Shown here in pieces: positions 52,059 to 61,890 of a stretch of DNA of 64,000 nt. Origin of the DNA: a virus. Position 1 is the stretch's first letter. The number at the start of each line of letters is the position of its first letter. Made by a program: the position numbers and the translations under genes. The notes under the pieces were generated by a model. It was not told the DNA's origin. It saw only the letters and a program-made list of their open reading frames with translations, and did no database searches. The stretch spans positions 81,522 through 145,521 of IMG/VR virus record IMGVR_UViG_3300023049_000574; one strand, given 5' to 3'.

Positions 52059-54286
52059 GTATCGATACCTTTAATATATCTTTTAGATTCATTCATTTTT
52101 TTGAACATATCCTCTCTTTGCTTAACTAACTTTAAATATTCTTCTATATCTAATTCAAGAATTACATTACCCGATTCTATTAAGTTTATATTATGACCTA
52201 ATAAATCATCTGTTAATAATTCACTCAAGTCCTTTCGGTAATCACTATGGTGTACAAACTTCTCTTTTTTTTGATCATATACTGAGTACTGCCAAGTTTG
52301 TTCCCCATCAGCGTAAAATTGTATTTTTGCTATAAAAAATTTCTCTCTTTTAAATTCTATTTCAACTAAATATGCTTTGAATATTTTTGTTGAACTTTTA
52401 TCCGATAGATAATTATTTACTAAATATTCATCACCGAATACCCAATTGGGCAAGTGTTCTAAAAATTTTTTAGTAATATCTTCATTTGTGTTGAAAGATT
52501 CAAATGTTTTAACCCTTTTTTCGTTCATTGATATAACTGCATTAGTAGTAGCATCCATTGCATTTTTTATTTCAAAGATATCTTTTTGTATAACTAGTTC
52601 AAATTCATTTTTTGATTTATCGAAATCAGAAAATACATTATCATAACATTTAGCTTTTTCTTTACTGATTTCAGGATGGTTATCTTTTAAAATAGTAGCG
52701 AAAATAAAATCTCGGTTTTCGAATTCGTTTTCTTCATCGATATATACAAAGCGGTTTTGATTCATAGTTACCTCATCATACATTTGATCTTCTAAAAATA
52801 AGTAATATATTTTGTTATTCTTTTTATACTTAAATAGAGAATATTTAACATTTACGTATTTTATGTCTTCTTCTCTTCTATTATCCATTTCTTTGAAATG
52901 AACAGAGGCTAACTTACTTGCCATTGTGATAAACAATTTATCAACATCAAATGATTCATTAATTTTCTTAAACATTTGATTCCTTTCTTCTTCTATTTGA
53001 AGCCACTCCCTCATTTCCATAGTTCTCATGTGGTTCAATTCTCCCTCGGCAGTAGAATACTTTGTTACGGTTTCATCATGGAGAATTTCATACATATCAT
53101 CAAAAGTAACTTCTGATAAAACCTCATAATATTTATCGTCATATTTCTGACGATAAGCAATATCTATAAATCTACTATTAGTAACAGCACAATCTATAAA
53201 TTTCTTTTCTTCTTTAACATAGAAATAAGTATTCAATTCTGTTGTATCTCCCATCCCATCCATTTTATCTTGTGTAAATACGAAATAATAACTTTCATTA
53301 TTTAAAAGACTTAGTTCATATAGATGTGCGAAAAACGCACCTAAATCGTCTTCGTCTTCTTGTTGGTGTTCTATGAAATAGTGTTTAGCTTCTTTAAACT
53401 TTTCGTCAATAAGAGTAAGATAAGCTCTCTCAATATCTTCACCCATTTTTTTCTCATTTAATTTCTTAAATCCATCTTCTCTTTCTTTGATAATTTTTTC
53501 CCAATCAAAGATATCGATTGAAACTATCACCTTTATATCATCATCTTCTTGTTCTATTCCTTCCAATCCTTCACTACCTATAAGATCATGTACTTCATCA
53601 GCATGATCTAAAAACGCTTTTTCTTCTTTTTCAGATGTAAAATTAGAATTCTTAAAACTACCATCTTTTTTATCATAAACAAAGACTATATATTCTATAT
53701 CCTGATCATAAATCACGTTTCTTACTACGGTATAAATACCATTTATCTTATATAACACATGGCTATAATATTCAATATCTTCATTAAAGTCTTTAATGTC
53801 TAATTCTAACATAGGGTAGCTAAATCTATAAAAAACTTCTTTTATTTTTTCTATATTATTACTACTCTCATTAAGTTTAATCAATGCATCTCTCGTTTGT
53901 TTCATACTGTTAATGTATTGTTCCATATTAATGGTTTGGATAATCTCACTATAGTCTTCTATAAAAGAAGTGTATTCATAATCTTCGTCATTATCATCAT
54001 CTTCCAAATAATAGTTTTCTTCTGCGAATTCGTCAGTTTGGTATAGAAAATGTTCTTTATCGACAGTACCATCACGATCTATATCATAGACTGCTTTTAT
54101 CATGTAGCCATAGTATTCATTTTTCAATAAATACGTCATTAGATGTGGTTCTAATCCATCAATTTTTTGTTCTAAGTAATAATCCATATTAGGTTCGAAT
54201 ATATTTTTAATCACGAACACAAGGTATTTCTTTTTCAGATTATTTATATCAATTTTACCTTCTTTGAAGAGTTTGAAGTTTTTCAT
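52046..54286 (-). CDS. Five-module putative polyprotein
   Basis: Start MKNFKLFKE; LIKLNE, FKKLNE, FKKINE, ISMNEKRVKTFE, FKKMNE. Confidence 0.6.
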   Translation of the reverse strand: MKNFKLFKEGKIDINNLKKKYLVFVIKNIFEPNMDYYLEQKIDGLEPHLMTYLLKNEYYGYMIKAVYDIDRDGTVDKEHFLYQTDEFAEENYYLEDDDNDEDYEYTSFIEDYSEIIQTINMEQYINSMKQTRDALIKLNESSNNIEKIKEVFYRFSYPMLELDIKDFNEDIEYYSHVLYKINGIYTVVRNVIYDQDIEYIVFVYDKKDGSFKNSNFTSEKEEKAFLDHADEVHDLIGSEGLEGIEQEDDDIKVIVSIDIFDWEKIIKEREDGFKKLNEKKMGEDIERAYLTLIDEKFKEAKHYFIEHQQEDEDDLGAFFAHLYELSLLNNESYYFVFTQDKMDGMGDTTELNTYFYVKEEKKFIDCAVTNSRFIDIAYRQKYDDKYYEVLSEVTFDDMYEILHDETVTKYSTAEGELNHMRTMEMREWLQIEEERNQMFKKINESFDVDKLFITMASKLASVHFKEMDNRREEDIKYVNVKYSLFKYKKNNKIYYLFLEDQMYDEVTMNQNRFVYIDEENEFENRDFIFATILKDNHPEISKEKAKCYDNVFSDFDKSKNEFELVIQKDIFEIKNAMDATTNAVISMNEKRVKTFESFNTNEDITKKFLEHLPNWVFGDEYLVNNYLSDKSSTKIFKAYLVEIEFKREKFFIAKIQFYADGEQTWQYSVYDQKKEKFVHHSDYRKDLSELLTDDLLGHNINLIESGNVILELDIEEYLKLVKQREDMFKKMNESKRYIKGIDTWKN

Positions 54287-54305
54287 ATTAATATATATAT
54301 TAAAT

Positions 54306-55334
54306 ATGAAGTACATAAAGCTATTTGAAGATCACAAAAGCCAAGATATTATATTACCTAAGGGTACTGTTTTATACCATGGGACGATAGAAGACTTTGG
54401 TATCGAAAACATCAGAACGGGTGGTTATGATAATATATTATGGACTACTAAAGATTCAGCTATTGCTGATACATATATTCCCGATAGTGGATCAAGTGTC
54501 TATATGAGTACAGATAGTCTAGTATACCCTGTTAGGGAAGGAGATTTAAGAAATTTACAAAAAGAGATTGGTATTGAATATGATTATGATCAAGTAGAAT
54601 TCAAAGGAAGTAGAGCGACATCATATCCGATTGCTCCTATATTTAAGGATATAGATAAAAAAGAATATAAATGGAACGAGGAATCAATGAAAATAGATTC
54701 TTTATTCAGAGAGAAAACAAAGGAAATAAATGATATTTATGATAAGGTTGAAACAAAAGAAGAATTAGCTAAAGTACAGAAGAAAGTAGACCAACTACAT
54801 AGAGAGATAACCGAGTTAAGTAATAAGAAAGAAGAATTGTCTAGTATGTATACTGATATGAGAGCTGATATTAAAATGAGAGAATTTGTAAATAACTATT
54901 TAAAAAACGAACTCAATTATGTACCTAAAAATGAGAATAGTGATAAAAACCATAGTTGGAAAATAAAAATCAACAATGGTAAGGCATTAAAGGGAGATGA
55001 ACACGCTAAGGGTAGATTACTTATTATTACGTTACAAAGAGACTTAAAAATATATGATATGACCGATGGTGGAAAGCTTGAAGGAGATCTGATGAACCTT
55101 CAATACCACTCCCATGGCGTATTTAAATCAGCAGCCGAGAACGGATATGACGGAGTTAGGATAAATGACTTTGCTCAGATAGAAGGAATGGGTAATTTCG
55201 GACACACATCTTATGGTATATTTAATGATGCTATAAAGGATCTAAAAATAGAATCAGTTTTATCAGAACACCCTAAAGATTTTTGGGGAGAATACTACCA
55301 AAAAAGAGACTATACTAGTAAAAGCTTAAAATAA
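54306..55334 (+). CDS. MKYIKLFE-tagged protein, ADP-ribosyltransferase-like
   Basis: LYHGT...LWTT....A..Y...GYDGV. Confidence 0.5.
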   Translation: MKYIKLFEDHKSQDIILPKGTVLYHGTIEDFGIENIRTGGYDNILWTTKDSAIADTYIPDSGSSVYMSTDSLVYPVREGDLRNLQKEIGIEYDYDQVEFKGSRATSYPIAPIFKDIDKKEYKWNEESMKIDSLFREKTKEINDIYDKVETKEELAKVQKKVDQLHREITELSNKKEELSSMYTDMRADIKMREFVNNYLKNELNYVPKNENSDKNHSWKIKINNGKALKGDEHAKGRLLIITLQRDLKIYDMTDGGKLEGDLMNLQYHSHGVFKSAAENGYDGVRINDFAQIEGMGNFGHTSYGIFNDAIKDLKIESVLSEHPKDFWGEYYQKRDYTSKSLK

Positions 55335-55359
55335 TTTTCGTATATTCTGCTAGTAGGGC

Positions 55360-56103
55360 TTAAACATCCCAAAACTTATTACTCTCTTCGATCTGAGAAT
55401 TAATATCAATCTTATTTATCCCATTACTATCTCTTTGACAAACTTTAATTTTCCATTGTTGGTATTCATCATTTGTTTCAATAGGATGTATTACAGACAC
55501 TTCTGTATTTAATGCAAAGAATTTATCTCTTTTTTTAGCATCCATAAATAAATAGGCATCATCCCCTGCATACACACCCATTACTTTATATCCTTTGATT
55601 TGTTTCCAAAACTCGAAATTGATAAGTAAACAACCACCTGCTATCCCCCCACTGTTATTGTTCCAAATATATTTCTGATCATTGATTATTTTCTCAGAAA
55701 CTAAATGATGTATTAAATGACAATTTCCTTCAAGTTGATTAAATGCAATTACTCCCATATTATCAATAGTAGTCATCCTTTGAATCTCATGGTAATAATT
55801 AACATCGTCTAAAAATACTATATCACTATCCATAGTAAGCATATAATCATAATTAAGCGAAAGAGATAGCTCATTTATATTATGAGCCTTACCATAGTTC
55901 TTATCTTGTCTGATCATATTTTTCGGACTTAATGCTCTAATCTCGGTTCTTATTTCATCCCAATATTCATCTTTACACCAACCAATAAAATATAGATCAT
56001 ACTCACTTATATTTTTGAGTGATCTAATGGATCTAATAGACCTATCCTTTATCGTTTCATCGGGTACGAATATATTTTGTATAACACATATCTTAGTTTT
56101 CAT
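55360..56103 (-). CDS. Glycosyltransferase family 2-like
   Basis: NYGKA..IN, MDSD, GGCLL, IKGY...YAGDD. Confidence 0.8.
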   Translation of the reverse strand: MKTKICVIQNIFVPDETIKDRSIRSIRSLKNISEYDLYFIGWCKDEYWDEIRTEIRALSPKNMIRQDKNYGKAHNINELSLSLNYDYMLTMDSDIVFLDDVNYYHEIQRMTTIDNMGVIAFNQLEGNCHLIHHLVSEKIINDQKYIWNNNSGGIAGGCLLINFEFWKQIKGYKVMGVYAGDDAYLFMDAKKRDKFFALNTEVSVIHPIETNDEYQQWKIKVCQRDSNGINKIDINSQIEESNKFWDV

Positions 56104-56851
56104 ATAAATAATTAATATTCAGATTTTCCTCTCTATGTTTATCCACTAGAGTAAAGTGTGTGTTAAATCCATATCTAACCTTTTTAAGCCAATCTTTTTC
56201 TGCTCCTTTAAAGTTATTAAAGAAGACTTTTCTTTTAATTAATGGTAGATTTTTCCTGATAAGTATATCAGCGAAATAAACGGCTATATTAGTCATATGA
56301 GCCTTACTATACTTCTTACTATCGAACATAGATCTAAGTATATAACCAAAGCCCAATACTTCCTGCGAGAAGCCTATTTCGTAGGTGTGAATAACCTCAG
56401 TGAAATCATTTTTGATCCCATTTTCTATTAGGTAGTTAATAAATAGGTCGGTTGCTCTTTTACTTAGAACTAAGAAATATGATTGTAGGTGATATTTTAT
56501 CTCATGTGAATCAGTTATCCCAAACACATCACAATCATCTTTGTCTACTTCTTCCTTGATCTTATTCAATGAGTTGAAACATACCATTGAATCATTTACT
56601 AAGAATAGTTTATTACAATCTATTTTATTGTTAGTTAAATATTTATGGTACATACCGAAGTCATATCCACTGTTTTGATATTTATAATAGCTGATATTGA
56701 GTTCGTCTAATATATCTATATTCTTTATCTCTCGATCATTAGTTAATAAAATTATATGGTCTACTACCTCAGAAAGCTTTTCTAAATAGTATATTACATA
56801 ATTGGGTATGTAATTATTTTCATAATAGTGGCTGAAAAGACATAGGTTCAT
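56093..56851 (-). CDS. RgpF (rhamnan synthesis F)-like protein
   Basis: LFSHY, N.GYDFG.Y, LVNDS, GIT...YHLQSYFL, YEIGFSQ, PLIKR. Confidence 0.8.
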   Translation of the reverse strand: MNLCLFSHYYENNYIPNYVIYYLEKLSEVVDHIILLTNDREIKNIDILDELNISYYKYQNSGYDFGMYHKYLTNNKIDCNKLFLVNDSMVCFNSLNKIKEEVDKDDCDVFGITDSHEIKYHLQSYFLVLSKRATDLFINYLIENGIKNDFTEVIHTYEIGFSQEVLGFGYILRSMFDSKKYSKAHMTNIAVYFADILIRKNLPLIKRKVFFNNFKGAEKDWLKKVRYGFNTHFTLVDKHREENLNINYLYEN

Positions 56852-56860
56852 CCTTGGTTA

Positions 56861-57283
56861 TTATTTTTTGCCCCAAAACGCCTTTGTTAAAAAGAAACTG
56901 TAGAATAATCTAAATGTAGTATTCCAAATAAATCCCAAAATAATCCAATTTATTATCCCTAAAAGTATAATAGTAGGAGATACAGCAGCCATACCACATA
57001 TAGCAAATATCATTAGCATCTTAAAGAAATGCCATGCGTCTGTTAACTGAACAGGTTTGTTTATTTTAAACCCCAGTATATTCCATTTTACTCTACCTTT
57101 CTTTGGGTTTCTGTCTACATATTTGTTTCTCCATCCTTGGTTAGAGTTGAACCATAATCTTCTTTTCTTATTCTTGATCAAATCAAACACTGATGTAAAA
57201 AAGTGGTGATCTAATTTATCCATCACTGCGTTACACGCTGCAGCAATAAATATGAATATAAAAGGCAAAAATCCTATAAACAT
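56861..57283 (-). CDS. Membrane protein
   Basis: Hydrophobic helices; W.NKY and TDAWHFFK motifs. Confidence 0.55.
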   Translation of the reverse strand: MFIGFLPFIFIFIAAACNAVMDKLDHHFFTSVFDLIKNKKRRLWFNSNQGWRNKYVDRNPKKGRVKWNILGFKINKPVQLTDAWHFFKMLMIFAICGMAAVSPTIILLGIINWIILGFIWNTTFRLFYSFFLTKAFWGKK

Positions 57284-57566
57284 AATTATTTAAAAATATT
57301 TTCTATTCTACTGTATAAGTCATATAATACAGTTATTGTTAAATAGCTACCTGAGATACCAAATATGATTATACCGAATTTCCAATCAAAAAATTGAAAT
57401 GCTACAAAGCTTAGTATAACTAGTAATGTAGCAAATAACTTCTTAAATAATGAAGATGTAATAAATGATTCTAAATTTTTCTCTTTAGGTTTTATAACAC
57501 CGCTTACTTTCTTTCTCTTGTTAGCCATGTCATATATATTAAAACTCTTTTATGTGTTCTAATATT

Positions 57567-58295
57567 CTATGCGGGTGTAGTGATGATACTACCTAATTGT
57601 TCATTAGGATCTTGTTGATTAAGGAATTTCTTGATATATCTAAATAGTTCCCTTTCTTTTAGTAATCTATCCAATTCTTCTTGGCTTTTTCTTGCTGCTT
57701 CTTTTTTCCCTATTTGAATATCCGAAGATATTATTTTTTCAAACAAAGGCTCAATCTCACCAATGGCATCAATTTTTTTCACAACATTTAGTAAGACATC
57801 AGCAACAGTGTGATCATTAGTTATATCTTTATAGTTATTGAGTAGCTTAATATGATTTTCTTCTAATTCAATACCTTCTTCAACATATTCGTATGGATCT
57901 AAGTTCTTTAGTTCCTCTAATTCCTCTTGGTTTTCTTTAAGCCATATAGCATATTCTGCCATAAATTCAGGATCTGAAATAACTTGTGATTTACTAGGGT
58001 TCACAGGACTACCATTTTCATCTAAACAATCTAAGTAAAGTCTGATGAAATTAAGATTACCATCCTTTTCGTGGACATTATATCCTTTAGTCGGTGTATA
58101 GAAATACATACTTCGAGGGCTACCTAAAGAAGAAGTAGATAATATGTTTTCTTTAACCCAACCTTCTTCGACTAGCTCTTCGACTATATCAGATATTTCA
58201 GAACTGCTGTCTAATATAATTCCTGATAATCCTTGACCCGATTGCTTATGTATTGTAACTATTTTTTCGTAGATATTCTCTTTGGTATATTCCAT
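57567..58295 (-). CDS. Hypothetical protein
   Basis: 242 aa behind TATATTTG on the minus strand. Confidence 0.45.
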   Translation of the reverse strand: MEYTKENIYEKIVTIHKQSGQGLSGIILDSSSEISDIVEELVEEGWVKENILSTSSLGSPRSMYFYTPTKGYNVHEKDGNLNFIRLYLDCLDENGSPVNPSKSQVISDPEFMAEYAIWLKENQEELEELKNLDPYEYVEEGIELEENHIKLLNNYKDITNDHTVADVLLNVVKKIDAIGEIEPLFEKIISSDIQIGKKEAARKSQEELDRLLKERELFRYIKKFLNQQDPNEQLGSIITTPA

Positions 58296-58313
58296 TTAAC
58301 AAATATAGTAAAA

Positions 58314-59171
58314 TTATACCATATCTTGAAACATTTGACTTTCTTTGGCTCGTCTTTTAACAAGACCACCATAACCTTTCTTTAATCTAGTGGTTTTGAT
58401 TCGTTCTCCCGCTTCTTTCATCTTATTCTGTTTAACCAATTGTATGAAAGGGCTAGACCTTAACCCACCCACGCCCATATTATAAGCCATGGATACTAGA
58501 GCATCAAACTGTGATTGTGTTAACTTGATATCAACACCTTCTTTTTGCCATTGTTTAAATATTCGCCTAACACCTTTTGTTGTTCTTCTAAGGTCTTTCC
58601 TGAATAAACGATCAGCTTCTTTTAAAGAGATCTTATCTCCAATTTTATATTTAGATTTTAAGCTATCTTCTGCGTGTCCGTATCCAATTGTGATCATTTT
58701 ATCATTTATTGTATATGCTGTTAATTTAAGATCTTCTTCCTCTTTTAAGAATTCTATTAGATTTTCAGAAACATCTAACTTAGTAGGATCGAATTTCTTT
58801 ACCTCTTCTATTTCTTCTTTAGGTTCAACACTTTTTTGAACCATCTCTACGAATTCGTTTGTTAATTGAGGATCAACGTTCTTAGATATCTCAATAGCTT
58901 CTGAGTCAGTTAATCCACCCATATTCATAATGAATGGTGTTAATAATGCTAAGATACCTAGTTTAACGTATTTCTTCTTAGATTTTATTCTTTCTAATAA
59001 GTTTTTAAACCACTGCTTTTTATCACTAGCTTTATTCATAGAATTAACCATTGCTTTAGTGATCTTATTTCTGTGATCTATTTCAATACCTTTATCGAAA
59101 TCCCATTCATAATCTACGCTTTCTAATAAATTATATAACAAGAACGTATCATAACTGTTAAGTTTTTCCAT
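58314..59171 (-). CDS. GH24 phage lysozyme with long N-terminal extension
   Basis: EE.LKLTAY....TIGYGH, QFDALVSMAYNMGVG, GLVKRRAKE. Confidence 0.9.
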   Translation of the reverse strand: MEKLNSYDTFLLYNLLESVDYEWDFDKGIEIDHRNKITKAMVNSMNKASDKKQWFKNLLERIKSKKKYVKLGILALLTPFIMNMGGLTDSEAIEISKNVDPQLTNEFVEMVQKSVEPKEEIEEVKKFDPTKLDVSENLIEFLKEEEDLKLTAYTINDKMITIGYGHAEDSLKSKYKIGDKISLKEADRLFRKDLRRTTKGVRRIFKQWQKEGVDIKLTQSQFDALVSMAYNMGVGGLRSSPFIQLVKQNKMKEAGERIKTTRLKKGYGGLVKRRAKESQMFQDMV

Positions 59172-59188
59172 ATAATATATATATTAAA

Positions 59189-59425
59189 TTACTTTGCTTT
59201 TTTCTCCATATCAGATAACCTGTTATAATAATCAGGTATCTCTCTGATGTGAGACTCAGCGATTTTCTTATAGAAATCTTTCTCTGACCAAGGCATAGAT
59301 ATGTTTTTCTTTTCTATATATTTTTGTAGTTCGTTGTATATATCAGAATGTTCCTTTTCTACCTTAATTCCCATTTCTAATTGTTTATCTGTATCTACGG
59401 CTTCGTTAAATCTTTTAATCTTCAT
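59189..59425 (-). CDS. DUF5661-like small protein with MKIKRFNE tag
   Basis: GIKVEKEH...IA..HIREIPDYY..L. Confidence 0.6.
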   Translation of the reverse strand: MKIKRFNEAVDTDKQLEMGIKVEKEHSDIYNELQKYIEKKNISMPWSEKDFYKKIAESHIREIPDYYNRLSDMEKKAK

Positions 59426-59473
59426 TATAGTAATGCTTTATTTTATATATTTAATATGTAAAACACAAACAAC

Positions 59474-59508
59474 AAAAAAGGAGAGCTAAACTAGTTAACT
59501 CTCCTTTT
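59474..59508 (-). terminator. Intrinsic terminator downstream of mnmA
   Basis: AAAAAAGGAGAG...CTCTCCTTTT. Confidence 0.75.
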
Positions 59509-59556
59509 CCATATTGTAATAAATATTACAACAATTATACACTTGTTATATAAAAG

Positions 59557-60663
59557 TTATGTAAAAAGTTTAGTATTTTCTATAATACCACCAACTAAAA
59601 TCATATTATCTTTATATACGACTGCAGATTGACCCTTAGCAGTAGCATTAAAACGATCAGAAGTATATACATCAAAACCATCATCCTTTAAGTGAATTCT
59701 ACCATTAATAGCATCACCCGTTGATCTAACTTTAACAGATACTTCTTCTCCATCAACGATGTTTAACATATAATTAGGATCTTTGGCTACAATGACATTC
59801 CTTTCTAAATCTTTTCTACGACCTAGATAAATCTTATTTGTATCAGGATCTATACGTGTTATGTATACGGGGTAACCTAAAGCTACACCTAATCCCCTTC
59901 TTTGTCCAATAGTATAAAAAGGATGACCCTTATGTTTCCCGACAACCTTATCATTCTCAAAGAATTCGCCACCGTCTAATTTAGATAGATCAGGATTCTT
60001 TCTTAGTAAGAAATTGTCTTGTGTTCCATCCATATCAACAAAGCAGATATCAGCACTTTCAGACTTATTAACTATATCAGTTAATCCTCTTTTAGCTGCC
60101 ATCCATTTTACGTCTTCCTTTAAATATTCACCTAACGGAAATAATGTTTTTGAAAGATCATTTTGTGATAAATTCCATAAGAAATATGTTTGATCTTTAG
60201 TAGTATCTTTGGGTGTACCGATACTATACTTACCATCCTTTTCGATGATCTTAGCATAGTGTCCTGTGGCTACATAATCACAATTTAGTTTATCGGCAAT
60301 TTCCATCATAGACCCCCACTTCACATGTTTATTACACATAACACAAGGATTAGGGGTATTGCCGACACTACTGTTATTTACGTAGTCATCGATCACATAT
60401 TTAGTAAATTCTTTGGTAAGATCCACAAGATTAAATGGGAAATCATATTCTACTGATATGTTTCTAGCATCATTAACATCATCTAAGTTACAACACTTAG
60501 TTGAACTCATATTAGATGTTAGTTGTAGTCTTTCTTCACCAAGCTTTAACATAACACCAATTACATCTGCACCTGCTTCTTGTAATAAGATAGCAGCCAT
60601 AGATGAATCGATTCCACCTGACATTCCAACTAATACTTTTTTATTTTCTAAATTAGGTAACAT
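59557..60663 (-). CDS. mnmA: tRNA 2-thiouridylase MnmA
   Basis: SGGIDS, TPNPCVMCN, ATGHY, KDQTYFL, ES.DICF, YTIGQRRG, GQSAV.Y. Confidence 0.95.
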   Translation of the reverse strand: MLPNLENKKVLVGMSGGIDSSMAAILLQEAGADVIGVMLKLGEERLQLTSNMSSTKCCNLDDVNDARNISVEYDFPFNLVDLTKEFTKYVIDDYVNNSSVGNTPNPCVMCNKHVKWGSMMEIADKLNCDYVATGHYAKIIEKDGKYSIGTPKDTTKDQTYFLWNLSQNDLSKTLFPLGEYLKEDVKWMAAKRGLTDIVNKSESADICFVDMDGTQDNFLLRKNPDLSKLDGGEFFENDKVVGKHKGHPFYTIGQRRGLGVALGYPVYITRIDPDTNKIYLGRRKDLERNVIVAKDPNYMLNIVDGEEVSVKVRSTGDAINGRIHLKDDGFDVYTSDRFNATAKGQSAVVYKDNMILVGGIIENTKLFT

Positions 60664-60697
60664 AATGTTATGTATTTTAAATACAAAGTTACCTATT

Positions 60698-61057
60698 TTA
60701 TATTAAGGTATCAATATATTTCTTTCTTTGTAATACTTTTTCGAATTTTCCAATATTATCTTTTACATACTCTTGGTGTTCTTCTCCTTCTTTAGTACCA
60801 CCAAAACTCAGAATTTTTAATTTTTTTTCTTTGAGATATAAGAAACAATGTGTAGTAGCGTATATTTCATCAATATCTCTCTTTATCCAATAATAATCAA
60901 AGGTATTTAAATCTTTATTTATATGGGTTACTTTATAGTTAGAGGTGATAAAATAATCTATTGTCATTGAGTTTATCTTATCGGCAAAATCATTTATTAT
61001 AAATTTACATAATTCTTCTTGATGGTCTAAAAGGAAGTCACTGATTACAATATTCAT
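60698..61057 (-). CDS. Hypothetical protein
   Basis: Ends QRKKYIDTLI. Confidence 0.45.
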   Translation of the reverse strand: MNIVISDFLLDHQEELCKFIINDFADKINSMTIDYFITSNYKVTHINKDLNTFDYYWIKRDIDEIYATTHCFLYLKEKKLKILSFGGTKEGEEHQEYVKDNIGKFEKVLQRKKYIDTLI

Positions 61058-61890
61058 TATCTAAGTAAAAATTTAAAGAATCCACCTTTATATTCTACAA
61101 TATAGATACCTTCTTTGAGATCACTGTCGAATTTCACTTTTTCCCCATTAGTAGTATAAACATTTAACCATTGATCTTGTGGGATAAATTCACTTTTAAT
61201 ATAAATAATATTTGAATGTGTATATGAACCATCAAAATTGTATTGAGTTAACCTAATATACCCATCGTTGTAATCATATATAAATTGTGTGGAATACTCT
61301 TTTATAATATTAGAATTACCACTTCCTTCTACTCTTTTATAATTATCCCAATATTCTCTATCAACAGAGGCTGCTACTATAAAATGTGAGTTATTAGTTT
61401 CTGTTAAAGTAGTCCAATTGGCTGTTACATAATTATTAGAAAATGATACATCAAATTTAATTAATTCGATTGGGAGTGTAGAATTTGGAACACATCCCGA
61501 AAAATCACATATACTAGGACCAAATAATGTATCTGACCCTCTATATACAGTATTACCATCGATATTAATTTTAGAACCTGAATTATCACCTGATATTTGA
61601 CCACTCGTATAAACTTCTATCATAACTGATGAGGTAAAATTTAACTTTTTTCCACCATTAAATGTGAGTAAACCATATACTTGTAATAACATATTTGTAT
61701 ATGTACCACAAACACAATTCACTGTTACTGTATCATTTATTGATACAACAATTGTATCACCAGAGCTTGGTACACCAAATGGAATCCATGTATTGGGATC
61801 ATCCCAATCACCATTACCATTGGAAACTAGGGTTTTACTAAATAATGTAGCAGAGATTAATAATAAGGTAATTAATAATAACTTTTTCAT
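61057..61890 (-). CDS. Secreted Bacteroidota-style protein (LPIEL linker, T9SS-CTD-like tail)
   Basis: Signal peptide; G.W.DP.TW; LPIELIKF...WTT.TE.NNSHF; L.EGIYIV. Confidence 0.65.
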   Translation of the reverse strand: MKKLLLITLLLISATLFSKTLVSNGNGDWDDPNTWIPFGVPSSGDTIVVSINDTVTVNCVCGTYTNMLLQVYGLLTFNGGKKLNFTSSVMIEVYTSGQISGDNSGSKINIDGNTVYRGSDTLFGPSICDFSGCVPNSTLPIELIKFDVSFSNNYVTANWTTLTETNNSHFIVAASVDREYWDNYKRVEGSGNSNIIKEYSTQFIYDYNDGYIRLTQYNFDGSYTHSNIIYIKSEFIPQDQWLNVYTTNGEKVKFDSDLKEGIYIVEYKGGFFKFLLR

